From assembly GCA_965208325.1 (NCBI GenBank), contig OZ242326.1, forward strand, positions 512,001 to 576,000: 64,000 nucleotides of DNA. Reading direction: 5' to 3'. Positions 27,477 to 37,009 of the stretch are shown here, piece by piece. Position 1 is the stretch's first letter. Each line of letters starts with the position of its first letter. This DNA comes from Candidatus Poribacteria bacterium (GTDB taxonomy: Bacteria; Poribacteria; WGA-4E; PCPOR2b). Position numbers and translations under genes: made by a program. Below the pieces are notes generated by a model that made no database searches, had not been told where the DNA came from, and saw nothing but the letters and a program-made list of their open reading frames with translations.

Positions 27477-30002
27477 TTGATTACACCCGAAATTTATTCC
27501 ACGATAACGAGTGAGTCGGTCGAACAATTGGCGCTTGTGCTCGCTCGCCGCGATTTGACCGCAATCGCGCGGTTGAAACCCATCGCCGATTTTGAAGAAC
27601 TAATTTCATTCACAACGGAAAATCCAACGCCCGTTGCACACTCTAATCGAAATCCGGTCTGGCATCTGGAATCTGTTTCAGCAAGACTCATTGAGGCAGT
27701 TGCGATTTCAGTGCATGAACCGGCGATGCGGGATGCCGGCTGGAGGGTTCTTTCCCAAATTATCCTCAAGCACACAGAGTATCTATACACCTACCACCAT
27801 TCCCGCAACCCGCGCGTACGACTCCAAGCGGGTGCAGCACTAGCGCTAGTGAGTAGTCTTTGTCCGGTACTTTCGCAGAGCACGGCTTGGCGGCTCGTTG
27901 GGTTTGCGCGGATTGCGGAATCTATTCCCAAAATTGACGATGTCCCGTCTTACGTGATTGAACACATAGATGCGGCGTTTGAGTTGGGGCGTGAGCTCGA
28001 TCTCCCTATATTCGGCGAGGCGATTGATCGCTACGTCACAACCATCAATCGGGATTTTTCTTGGGATAAGCGAACACACTTTGAGCTCAGTGATGCCGAA
28101 TTTTTCAATCATCTGAATCTGTGTCATCCCGGCTTTGAGGATGTTAAATCCGAATGGGAACGCGGGAATCTTCAAGAGGCAAAACTGGCTCATACGTCAG
28201 TGAAACAATCATTCCTCAATTGCAAAAACTGGGCTGACCTTTGGACATTGCCGCTTAGCCGCAGGGATGCAGATTCACTGGAGTTTGGGTCTGACCAGTT
28301 TCCCTATTCCGGCGCTTTTCACCAAAAACGGCCGGCGGAGATGCGTCGGCCGTTTGCGAATAAATGCCCAAAGCTTTTTTTCGGCGGGCAGACCCACGCT
28401 GAAAGTCCCGCCGCCATGTCCTTCGATATGGCAAAATCCTACCTTGAGTGCGCCCGATTCTATTCAACCTATCAAGGACTTGACAATACAGATGTCCATT
28501 TGGAAACGAGCGCAATTGGAATTGCCGCACTAATCTTCCCGGAATGGAGAGACCAAGAACAGTTTCTCAAACTCGCACTGCGGCGTTATGAATGGTTGCA
28601 CGACGAGCACGTCCTCCCGGACGGTCGCCAATGTGACAGTATGAACACCGCACACCACTTCGCAATAATTAGCCTGCTCAATTTTATTCAACTTGCACGC
28701 CGCAGCGGCATTCCACTGCCTAAACAATTCAACCGGCGTTGTGAAATGATGATCGAGGCGCTCGTGTATCTCAGCCTACCGGATGCGAGTCTCAATCCTT
28801 TAATTCAATCCGGCTCAGTGGATATGAGTGCGATCAAACTCTATGACATCGCTCACGCGGCCTTCCATCGAGAAGATTTTCTGTACATAGGGTCCGGCGG
28901 AGCGGCGGGACAGCCGCCTAACGAGACCTCACACGCCTTCTCTGACACAGGCTATTATGTCATGCGAGACTATTGGAGAACGGACGCGCAGCACCTTGGT
29001 TTTTACAGCGGCGATGCAGAATCTAAAGGTCAGCGTGGGGAAAAACTCAACTTCATCCTGCACGCTTACGGGCGGCCGCTGATTGTCCATGGCGGAGGTG
29101 TGCTTGCGGAGGATTGTCATTCAACCCGACGATACAACACCGTGATAATTGACGGAAAAAGACAATATCGTCCTGCGTTACATCGTGCGGCACGGGTTCC
29201 AAACCCTGATAACAAGTGGTTATCGACGTCAAAATTCGACTTTGTTGAGGGTTGGCACAAAGACGGTTATGCTCAAGGAGACCCTATTGACTGCAATCCA
29301 CTTCTCCATCACAAGCGATCGATATTTTACGTTAAAGGACAGGCACAATCTCGGTGCACAATGCCGGCGGTTGGCGGATATTTTATCCTTCACGATCTAA
29401 TCCTCGGCGATGGTGTGCATAATTTAGAACAGATATTTCATTTAGCGTCAGCGAGATGCGATCACATAAAGATCTACGACAATCGCGTGGTGTGTACCGT
29501 CGAATGTAATGTAAGCAACTTGGTGGTCGCACCGGTTAGCGGCGGGCAACATCTGGACGTTCGACTGCGGTGTAAACAAACTGAATCTCTCATTATCCCA
29601 ACAGTAACTAAACTCACTCCTAGTGAGTTGACTTACATTGCAAAACGGTCACTCCCAACAGTCATGAACACCGTTTTGTTGCCGCTTCGTCCGGGCGTGG
29701 AGAGGGTCCCAGAACTCCATACGAATGAAGTTTTAACCGATCCGGATGTGCTTGCAACAGGCTTCACGGTGAAACACGGCAGAACTACCGATTTTATCCT
29801 CATTTCGGATGACGGATTTGCGGGCATGTCGACCGACGATGTGGAGTTTGTTGGCGAATATCTATACCTACGGCTTTGTGATGAAGGGAAACTTCAGCAG
29901 GTAATGATTATCAACGGACAGTTTCTGAAGTGGAGAGGGGATGTGGTAGTAGACCTTTCAGAACCGCGAACACATTATGAATCGAGCGTCTGCGGAGAAT
30001 GA
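27477..30002 (+). CDS. Heparinase II/III-like (polysaccharide lyase fold) protein, degenerate
   Basis: TSHAFSDTGYYVMR, HAYGRPLI, NTVIIDG, FDFVEGWH, HKRSIFYV match the Hepar_II_III C-terminal domain; start uncertain (TTG). Confidence 0.7.
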   Translation: MITPEIYSTITSESVEQLALVLARRDLTAIARLKPIADFEELISFTTENPTPVAHSNRNPVWHLESVSARLIEAVAISVHEPAMRDAGWRVLSQIILKHTEYLYTYHHSRNPRVRLQAGAALALVSSLCPVLSQSTAWRLVGFARIAESIPKIDDVPSYVIEHIDAAFELGRELDLPIFGEAIDRYVTTINRDFSWDKRTHFELSDAEFFNHLNLCHPGFEDVKSEWERGNLQEAKLAHTSVKQSFLNCKNWADLWTLPLSRRDADSLEFGSDQFPYSGAFHQKRPAEMRRPFANKCPKLFFGGQTHAESPAAMSFDMAKSYLECARFYSTYQGLDNTDVHLETSAIGIAALIFPEWRDQEQFLKLALRRYEWLHDEHVLPDGRQCDSMNTAHHFAIISLLNFIQLARRSGIPLPKQFNRRCEMMIEALVYLSLPDASLNPLIQSGSVDMSAIKLYDIAHAAFHREDFLYIGSGGAAGQPPNETSHAFSDTGYYVMRDYWRTDAQHLGFYSGDAESKGQRGEKLNFILHAYGRPLIVHGGGVLAEDCHSTRRYNTVIIDGKRQYRPALHRAARVPNPDNKWLSTSKFDFVEGWHKDGYAQGDPIDCNPLLHHKRSIFYVKGQAQSRCTMPAVGGYFILHDLILGDGVHNLEQIFHLASARCDHIKIYDNRVVCTVECNVSNLVVAPVSGGQHLDVRLRCKQTESLIIPTVTKLTPSELTYIAKRSLPTVMNTVLLPLRPGVERVPELHTNEVLTDPDVLATGFTVKHGRTTDFILISDDGFAGMSTDDVEFVGEYLYLRLCDEGKLQQVMIINGQFLKWRGDVVVDLSEPRTHYESSVCGE

Positions 30003-30015
30003 CATGGAACGGTCA

Positions 30016-31950
30016 TCAACTCAACACGGGGTGCCAGCCCATGTTGTACACTGTTATTTTAAACACCGCGTTGATAATGCTCCAGATGCATCCGAGTGAA
30101 TAGTCCCCTAACATCAAGCCTGCGAAGAACGGCAGCGCACGGCGATACGCCCGCAGTCCGCCATACCTGAGAATAGCGAATTTCAGACACCAGCTTATCA
30201 ACACAGGCACCCAAATATAAACCATTTCTGCCGGACTAACTCCCAGCACGTATCCGACCGGGTGGAATGGCCACCAGAGAAACCGCATTTTCATCGCCAA
30301 CAAGAATCCCGTGATTGCGACCCCGATACCCATGAACCCCGTGGTAGCATAATCAGGTCCTGTTGGGAATGTCAACCACTGTTGCAGGCGCCGGGAAAAA
30401 CTTTCGCTTCCGATATAAACGAGCCATGGTGCCATGTTATCCGCGCCGTGTTTGTAAAGGATGGTAAGAAATATCAAAAACGTCGCCGGTATCGCGAGAA
30501 TCAGTGTGATTAACATTGCCCATACCAGTTTTCTTGTATTGATGTTGGATTGCTCACCGATTCGAAAGACTTCAAATTGATTCGGCATTGGATGGGCGGC
30601 TTGGTCTCGATTCAAGAAATAAAGGAAACTGAGAATCGTCAAGTTTCGCGGACCGTAGGCACGTGATCCCACCGATGTTACCATCGTGCGTGCCGGGTCT
30701 ACCCACAACAGTTCGTGTACAGGCAATCCAAGTCCACTCCGCATCTTGGTCACGCCAATGGCGCTGCAACAGAACAAACCCAAAAAGATTAGAAGTACCC
30801 AGGCAGAGAATCCGGCTTTGTAAGCGAACCACAGAAGGAAAAGTACTCCCGCGGCGATGCCCAAAATCGCTGTGCGGTACGACATCGGTTCCTTCGACTC
30901 ATCAATGCTGCCCCTTCCCTTGAACGCCTGCACAAATACGCGCTTGAAGTGTCTGCGTCCAACCCATAGCGCCAAAGCCCCCAAAGCAATCCACGCCCCT
31001 TGCGCCTGCTCGTCAAAATAGAGGTTTCGCCATCCCATGGTGACCCCCAATGACAGTTGCGTCAACTTCTTCAGAAAGTAGAAGAACCACGCAGAAAAGG
31101 CGAGGTCTAGCGGCATGAAATAAGCGAGCCCAATGACGAACGGTTGAAACGAGATACGCGTGTAGACCATGTAACTCCACGGCTTCTCGTCGAAGGTGAA
31201 CCGTGTCCAGCCGACAGGGATGTTTGGAAAGAATGGGAATTGAAAACTCAAGCCGTTCAGCAAATTAATTGCCGCAGCAATGCCGAATCCTATCCACATC
31301 AATCGATTTCGCAAAAAACCGACTGGGTCACGTCCCAATTCAAGCGGCATCCAAGTAATTGGATAAGTGAGACGTTCGTGCTCCGTTAACTGTTTGCGAA
31401 TGATTGCATTGATGCAGATAAGCACAAAGAAAAGTACGATAAGAAAGGCGGACCAATAGAGCACAGGACCCAGCCAAGCTATGAGATTGACACGCGTGAA
31501 GAAGGATGTTTCTCCGAGGAAAAATCCGCTCAGAGCAGTTTCGTCCCTGACAGTGAACCATTCCGGTATATATCGCCAGAACAAATTTCGCCAATCGTTC
31601 TCAGGTGTAGCGAACCAAAACGGCTGCACTAGCATAGAAAGTACACGGTTCATCCGGTGCCCCGCAACCGTAGATGCCGTGACGACCATAATATAGATGA
31701 CCAGAATATCAGGGTTCCTCAATGCGAATCTTGGGACACACCGTCTAAAAAGCAGATTCAGCAAAATCAGCACGAACAGCGTAAATACGGCATTGCTGAA
31801 CAATGACATATAAGTGTGTGTCACTGCTTTTTGGAGGTCATTGACGGATATCCAGTAAGCGTTAGCAAGCGCCAAGATGAGCCCGATGCCGAACACTCTC
31901 AAACGAATCCCATCGGGCTGATTGCTTTGTAATGTAGAAAATCTTTCCAC
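30016..31950 (-). CDS. Polytopic membrane protein, DUF6785/DUF6784-like (putative transporter)
   Basis: Many TM segments; ATPENDW, ERLTYPI, WWPFHPVGY, RYGGLRAYRRALPFFAGL. Confidence 0.75.
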   Translation of the reverse strand: MERFSTLQSNQPDGIRLRVFGIGLILALANAYWISVNDLQKAVTHTYMSLFSNAVFTLFVLILLNLLFRRCVPRFALRNPDILVIYIMVVTASTVAGHRMNRVLSMLVQPFWFATPENDWRNLFWRYIPEWFTVRDETALSGFFLGETSFFTRVNLIAWLGPVLYWSAFLIVLFFVLICINAIIRKQLTEHERLTYPITWMPLELGRDPVGFLRNRLMWIGFGIAAAINLLNGLSFQFPFFPNIPVGWTRFTFDEKPWSYMVYTRISFQPFVIGLAYFMPLDLAFSAWFFYFLKKLTQLSLGVTMGWRNLYFDEQAQGAWIALGALALWVGRRHFKRVFVQAFKGRGSIDESKEPMSYRTAILGIAAGVLFLLWFAYKAGFSAWVLLIFLGLFCCSAIGVTKMRSGLGLPVHELLWVDPARTMVTSVGSRAYGPRNLTILSFLYFLNRDQAAHPMPNQFEVFRIGEQSNINTRKLVWAMLITLILAIPATFLIFLTILYKHGADNMAPWLVYIGSESFSRRLQQWLTFPTGPDYATTGFMGIGVAITGFLLAMKMRFLWWPFHPVGYVLGVSPAEMVYIWVPVLISWCLKFAILRYGGLRAYRRALPFFAGLMLGDYSLGCIWSIINAVFKITVYNMGWHPVLS

Positions 31951-32192
31951 TCTTTACCTCATCTTGCGGGGAAATGACTGTTAACGGGGCGTGCACTGCA
32001 ATAATTAAATGGGCGGGACGTGTTCAGAATTGCCTAGCGATTTAATCGCGCAAGTGTAGCAGTATTTCCAGGCTACGTCAACCGTAAAGGACGCTGTCAC
32101 CCATGTGTAACTTCGTTCTCCTTGTTGCAACTATCCAATCTAATCGTTGTATGTGGGAATCATGTTCCTAGGCTTTGCTAACCGACGTTTTG

Positions 32193-32201
32193 TGGTATAA
32201 T
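32193..32201 (+). promoter_or_regulatory. Extended -10 promoter for the Nmad3-like gene
   Basis: TGGTATAAT, followed by GGAGG RBS and GTG. Confidence 0.55.
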
Positions 32202-32258
32202 TGAAAAGCGCACGCTGCGCGTTTTTCGCTGAAAGACTACAATAGTCGGAGGTACACC

Positions 32259-33080
32259 GTGAAGATTATCCTGAGCCGAAAAGGGTTTGACAGGAGTAGT
32301 GGCGGGTTTCCAAGCCCAGTCTTACCAGACGGGAAATTGCTAAGTCTCCCAATCCCGATAGAAAGCGAAAGTTTGTCATATGACGCGATAAGCGATCCCG
32401 AGGAGAAATCGTATTCCAGAATCATTGAGGAGCTAGAGACGGGCGTCCACGTCGAAAACAAAGGAGTTCACCTAGATCCAGATTTAGTGGCGAATGTGCG
32501 AGCACGGATGACGGGCTGGCGTCCGGCGTTTGGACAGTGTGGTGCTGCCGGAAGCCATCTAGACAATCGCGGCGTTTCGGAAGGCGATTTATTTCTTTTT
32601 TTCGGTTGGTTTCAATATACCAAGACCGTTGCTGGACGCTTGTCGTATCGCGGTGGCATAAACGGTTTTCATGTTATATTCGGCTATATGGAAATAGGCG
32701 CAATCGTTCGTTCAAATGCGGAAGTCAAGGAAAAAGGGTGGTTACTCAACCATCCTCATGCCAAACTGGAATGGGCAAATGACAGGATTTATGTCGCGGC
32801 GCCGAACCTTAGTTTTCACTCGAAATTACCTGGTAGCGGTGTCTTTGAATTTGACGAGCGGCTCCGCTTAACCAAGAAAGAGGAATTCAGGCGAAGTCGC
32901 TGGGATCTCGATCCAAGAGTATTCCGCAACGTAGAAATTTCATACCATTCTCAGGCATCGTGGAAGGATGGATATTTTCAGTCTGCGGGACGGGGGCAAG
33001 AATTTGTCATCAACGCTAATGGAGGCGTCATTCAGTGGGCATCTGATCTCATCAAAGACTGTTGCCTCTGGTCGGATTGA
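32259..33080 (+). CDS. Nucleotide modification-associated domain 3 (Nmad3)-like protein
   Basis: MKIILSRKGFD..GG.PSP..PDG.L.SLPIP, HLDPDL, FGQ, GDLFLFFGWF, HVIFG, GRGQEFV. Confidence 0.75.
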   Translation: MKIILSRKGFDRSSGGFPSPVLPDGKLLSLPIPIESESLSYDAISDPEEKSYSRIIEELETGVHVENKGVHLDPDLVANVRARMTGWRPAFGQCGAAGSHLDNRGVSEGDLFLFFGWFQYTKTVAGRLSYRGGINGFHVIFGYMEIGAIVRSNAEVKEKGWLLNHPHAKLEWANDRIYVAAPNLSFHSKLPGSGVFEFDERLRLTKKEEFRRSRWDLDPRVFRNVEISYHSQASWKDGYFQSAGRGQEFVINANGGVIQWASDLIKDCCLWSD

Positions 33081-33089
33081 TTGATCAGG

Positions 33090-33194
33090 TCCCCTCCTTT
33101 AACAAGGGGGATAGGGCAAAACGCCATCACGGCAACCGCGAGAATTGTGCCAACAGGAATTGACCAAACGTAGGGGCAGGTACTATGCCTGCCC
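33090..33194. repeat. Two REP-like hairpins (CCCCTCCTT-N4-AAGGGGG; GTAG + GGGCAGGTA-CTA-TGCCTGCCC)
   Basis: Hairpins at 33090-33111 and 33170-33194; the second has the GTAG-foot REP architecture. Confidence 0.55.
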
Positions 33195-33202
33195 ACAACA
33201 CT

Positions 33203-33231
33203 TTGTCAACCGAAGCAAACTGTGTTATAAT
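33203..33231 (+). promoter_or_regulatory. sigma70 promoter for the YwaF-like gene
   Basis: TTGTCA-N17-TATAAT with extended -10 TG. Confidence 0.7.
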
Positions 33232-33363
33232 TTATATACTTGATGGTGACGACCGGGTATGTCCTCCCTTGCATTTACTGATTCCCACCGCGGCGTTGCG
33301 CTGAAGGCATTCATCTCTTAAATCTCAGGAATACCGGCAGTCATTAAGCGCGCAGAAACCGTA

Positions 33364-34140
33364 ATGACACAATCCGAATTCAAGTTTCTCGGCATTCACC
33401 ACATCATAGTTTTAATGCTAACGGGTGTAATTCCCCTTGCGCTTTCCGCGTTGGTCCGGCGGGTAAATTCGCACAAACTCACGCGAACTGTTCGCTATAC
33501 ACTGGGAGTTATTTTACTCGGAAATGACATCGTGCACTTGGGTTATCGATTCATCAGGGGTGAGTTTAACCTGTTTCTGCGATATTTCCTCCCGCTCCAC
33601 GTCTGCGGGCTTGCAACATTCGCGACCGCCGCTACGCTTCTTTTCCAGATTCAGACGCTCTACGAGTTCGCCTATTTTTGGGGCCTCGTGGGCACATTCA
33701 ACGCTGTACTGACGCCCCAACTTGAAGTCGGTTTCCCAAATTATCGGGCATTTCAGTATTTTATAGCGCACAGCGGCATCGTTATCGGTGTTCTGTTTTC
33801 AACGCTGGGGCTTCAAATGCGGCCATCGCTCAGGTCCTTATTCCGTTCATTCGCTGTCATTAACCTTCTTGCACTCGTTATCGGCGGCTTTAATTATTTG
33901 GCGTCAGCTAACTACATGTTCCTTTGCGAACCGCCAAAGACGAAATTTCCGGTGTTTAATCCGGAATCTCCGCTCTTTATACCTTGGCCGTTGTACATAC
34001 CGATATTGGACGTTCTCGCGCTCATACTATTCTTCGTTGTTTACTCGCCCTTCCTGATTAGAGATTGGCGGAGGCGTACCGCGGGAAACGCAGATTTCGG
34101 CAATAGCACCACGGATTGCAGCAATCACCTGAGCGAATAG
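33364..34140 (+). CDS. TIGR02206/YwaF-family integral membrane protein
   Basis: LPLHVC, AYFWGL.G...A.LTP, YFIAH, ANYMFL, PWP.YI. Confidence 0.85.
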   Translation: MTQSEFKFLGIHHIIVLMLTGVIPLALSALVRRVNSHKLTRTVRYTLGVILLGNDIVHLGYRFIRGEFNLFLRYFLPLHVCGLATFATAATLLFQIQTLYEFAYFWGLVGTFNAVLTPQLEVGFPNYRAFQYFIAHSGIVIGVLFSTLGLQMRPSLRSLFRSFAVINLLALVIGGFNYLASANYMFLCEPPKTKFPVFNPESPLFIPWPLYIPILDVLALILFFVVYSPFLIRDWRRRTAGNADFGNSTTDCSNHLSE

Positions 34141-34258
34141 CGAAGGTACAAGGCGATGAATATTGAGTACGGTAGTCTTCGATAATTTTGTAGGTTGAGG
34201 TCAATTTTCTGACGCCTATAAGCGTAATTTTAGATGCAATTGACTATTGAACAACGCT

Positions 34259-35608
34259 ATGGTTAAGAACGACAGAAAGACTATATTCGGCTGGTGCATG
34301 TACGACTGGGCGAATTCCGCCTATATTACCACAGTAGTCGCGGCGCTTTTGCCAAACTACTTCGCGCGCGTTATCGTCGGCGAAAAGGGCGTCCAAATCG
34401 GAAACACAACGGTCAGCGCCACTGCTTTGTGGGGCGCGATGGCAAGCGTCGCCGCGTTCTTTGTATTTCTGTGCGCCCCCGTATTAGGCGCGATATCGGA
34501 CTTTTCGTCCGCGAAGAAAAAGTTCCTGATATCCTTCGCATACACAGGTAGCGTCGCCGCGGTTTTTCTTTATTTCTGTGGGTCCGGAGATGTCTGGATG
34601 ACCGTGCTCTTCTTTCTAATCTCGCGCATTGGGTTTGTGGGGGCTAACGTGTTCTATGATGGATTCTTGCCTCAAATTGCTTCTGAAGATAAGATAGATT
34701 GGGTATCGGGCAAAGGGTTTTCTTACGGGTACGTCGGCGGAGGACTTCAATTCGCAATGGCGCTGGGGCTAGTCGCCGGCCATGACGCGATCGGCATCAG
34801 TACATCTCTTGCTGCCCGAATCGGAATTGCCATGGCAGGGGTTTGGTGGGCGGGTTTCACGCTGCTAACGTTGAAACACTTGAAAGAGAGCGGCGTTTCA
34901 GAGGAGATTCCGAAACAGTATCAATCCACGTATAAGTTTTTTGCTTATGCCTTCATCGGCGTCACCAGAATCCAGGGGACGTTGAGAAAAGTTCGGCGGT
35001 TCAAGCATCTGTTGCTATTCTTGATAGCCTTCATGATTTATAACGACGGCATCCAGACGGTCATTAGCATGGCGACGATTTACGGAACCGAGGAGTTGGG
35101 CTTGTCAGCGACCGTTTTGATGTTGACCCTGTTGGTAACCCAAATTATCGCCGCTGGAGGCGCATTGTTATTTGGCAGATTGGCTGATAGAATTGGGACA
35201 AAAAACGCCGTAATGCTGTCCCTAGTCTTCTGGAGTGGTGCGGTAACATATGGTTACTTTTTACACACAGCAACTGAATATTTTATACTCGGCGCATCCG
35301 CAGGAATCTTTATGGGAGGTTCCCAAGCACTCAGCCGTTCGCTTTACGGTTCAATGATCCCGGAGCAATCTAGCGCCGAGTTTTACGGCTTCTACTCCGT
35401 ATTTAGCAAATTCTCCGCAATTTGGGGCCCCTTGGCTTTTGGCGCCATTCGGCAAATTACGGGAACAGCGAGATTATCTATCCTTTCATTGATGGTTTTC
35501 TTTATTGTTGGTCTGATTTTGCTCTGGTTCGTCGATGTGGAAAAAGCCCAAGCAGCGAGAGGCAAAAAAGAACTTCTCGGCTCAATCAAATCAATGGAAT
35601 CGCAGTAA
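34259..35608 (+). CDS. MFS transporter, UMF1/ATG22-like
   Basis: WCMYDWANSAY, GYVGGG, YNDGIQT, QALSRS, EFYGFY. Start may be TTG 34247. Confidence 0.9.
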   Translation: MVKNDRKTIFGWCMYDWANSAYITTVVAALLPNYFARVIVGEKGVQIGNTTVSATALWGAMASVAAFFVFLCAPVLGAISDFSSAKKKFLISFAYTGSVAAVFLYFCGSGDVWMTVLFFLISRIGFVGANVFYDGFLPQIASEDKIDWVSGKGFSYGYVGGGLQFAMALGLVAGHDAIGISTSLAARIGIAMAGVWWAGFTLLTLKHLKESGVSEEIPKQYQSTYKFFAYAFIGVTRIQGTLRKVRRFKHLLLFLIAFMIYNDGIQTVISMATIYGTEELGLSATVLMLTLLVTQIIAAGGALLFGRLADRIGTKNAVMLSLVFWSGAVTYGYFLHTATEYFILGASAGIFMGGSQALSRSLYGSMIPEQSSAEFYGFYSVFSKFSAIWGPLAFGAIRQITGTARLSILSLMVFFIVGLILLWFVDVEKAQAARGKKELLGSIKSMESQ

Positions 35609-35764
35609 GTTAAGTTTGCTGGAAATTAAAACTGTGCTAGCCGACTCGCGATTCCGATCGCGATTCAATATTCGGTTGAACTTAGGACAATCTGAAACCG
35701 CTCAGAGTACGGTAAGATTAAACGGTCATATCGACGTTCTACACGTTAATTGAATTAAATTTAA

Positions 35765-35812
35765 TTGTAAAATCTGTTAAATTTTGTAAACTTTTGTAAA
35801 CTTCAGTATAAT
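35765..35812 (+). promoter_or_regulatory. sigma70 promoter overlapped by phased TTGTAAA direct repeats
   Basis: TTGTAA(35784)-N17-TATAAT(35807); TTGTAAA at 35765, 35784, 35794 and CTGTTAA at 35774. Confidence 0.6.
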
Positions 35813-35978
35813 TCTGTCGATTTAAATAATTGCGAGCGCACTGACCCAAAAGTTCAAATCTGCGGCGTGGTACCGCGATTAATTGCTTATAGCGGTTTCT
35901 AGCAAAGATACAAATAGTTAGGATTGTTAATTATGTCAACTAAAATTCAATGCGGAATCTAAAACCGTAAGGGGATTT

Positions 35979-36926
35979 ATGAAATACACTAATGGAACAT
36001 TATTGGCCGTTGGGGCAACTTGTCTGGTATGGCTATTGATGGGATGTCAGGGAGCAACGCTTAATATTCCCGATGTTGGCACGAGTGAAAATCCGCTAGA
36101 AAAATCAGGGGAGTTGTCCAAGAGCGAGGTCTGGGCGGGAAAAATTTTGATTACTGGTAATGTTGTCGTCCCCGGAGGAACGACGTTGACGATTCAACCC
36201 AATTCGATTGTCGGGTTTGATCCTGCTATTGGCGCCCACCAATTGATTGTGTACGGTACGCTGTTCGCGGAGGGCGAGGCAGATCGTTTCATAACCTTTG
36301 GTTCACTTGGAACGGCTGAAAATCCCCCAACAGCTGGGGATTGGCTCGGCATCTTTCTGGGAGAAACGAGCGTAAATTCACGTTTGGTAAACTGCCGAAT
36401 TCGACACGCGGATACCGGTGTTGCCTGCCGATCCGATTCAACGCAGGTCGAAAATTGTCTGATGACCGATAACGAATTGGCAATTCTTTGCGACGATGCA
36501 GCGCCATTGATTTCCCAGAACGAGATTAACAAAAACGGTACCGCCATAAAGTGTATTAACGATGCGGCCCCGGAAATCAGCAGGAACACAATTCAGGCCA
36601 ATGAGTACGGCATTGTTTGCGATGACGATTCCAGAGCGACAATAAATAACAACGAACTTTCCAGTAACTATCAGCATGCCATCGTCTGTTTCGCATTATC
36701 CTCTCCCGAGATTGTCTCAAACAATATTTTCTTAAACGGCGGGTGGGCAGTGTACGATGGCGGCCGATTGCGTGACAATTTCATTCGAGGAAATAATGAA
36801 CGGGGTTCGGACGTCATTGAACATGGAACAGGACGAGACGGCGGACAATACTACGGAGTGGACGAAGTCTTGGACCCGCGTGGTTCGCCCGTTGTTGACG
36901 CTGGCGTGCAGCGTGAGCGGTTCTAG
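35979..36926 (+). CDS. Lipoprotein with right-handed beta-helix (NosD/pectin-lyase-like) repeats
   Basis: Lipobox LMGC; G.TLTI.P, GDWLGI, repeated P.IS.N.I..N..(G/A)I.C units. Confidence 0.8.
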   Translation: MKYTNGTLLAVGATCLVWLLMGCQGATLNIPDVGTSENPLEKSGELSKSEVWAGKILITGNVVVPGGTTLTIQPNSIVGFDPAIGAHQLIVYGTLFAEGEADRFITFGSLGTAENPPTAGDWLGIFLGETSVNSRLVNCRIRHADTGVACRSDSTQVENCLMTDNELAILCDDAAPLISQNEINKNGTAIKCINDAAPEISRNTIQANEYGIVCDDDSRATINNNELSSNYQHAIVCFALSSPEIVSNNIFLNGGWAVYDGGRLRDNFIRGNNERGSDVIEHGTGRDGGQYYGVDEVLDPRGSPVVDAGVQRERF

Positions 36927-37009
36927 CTAGAATTCGAGAGAATAAATAGCGACGTAAACTCATGCCGGCCTATGTTAAACTAGTTCAAATCGCAAGAACA
37001 TGAGGGAAA

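Noticed and set aside
33290..33335. Glycine riboswitch call
   Set aside because: Only partial motif resemblance, with no GGAGA element or second aptamer; kept only as an unassigned structured leader.
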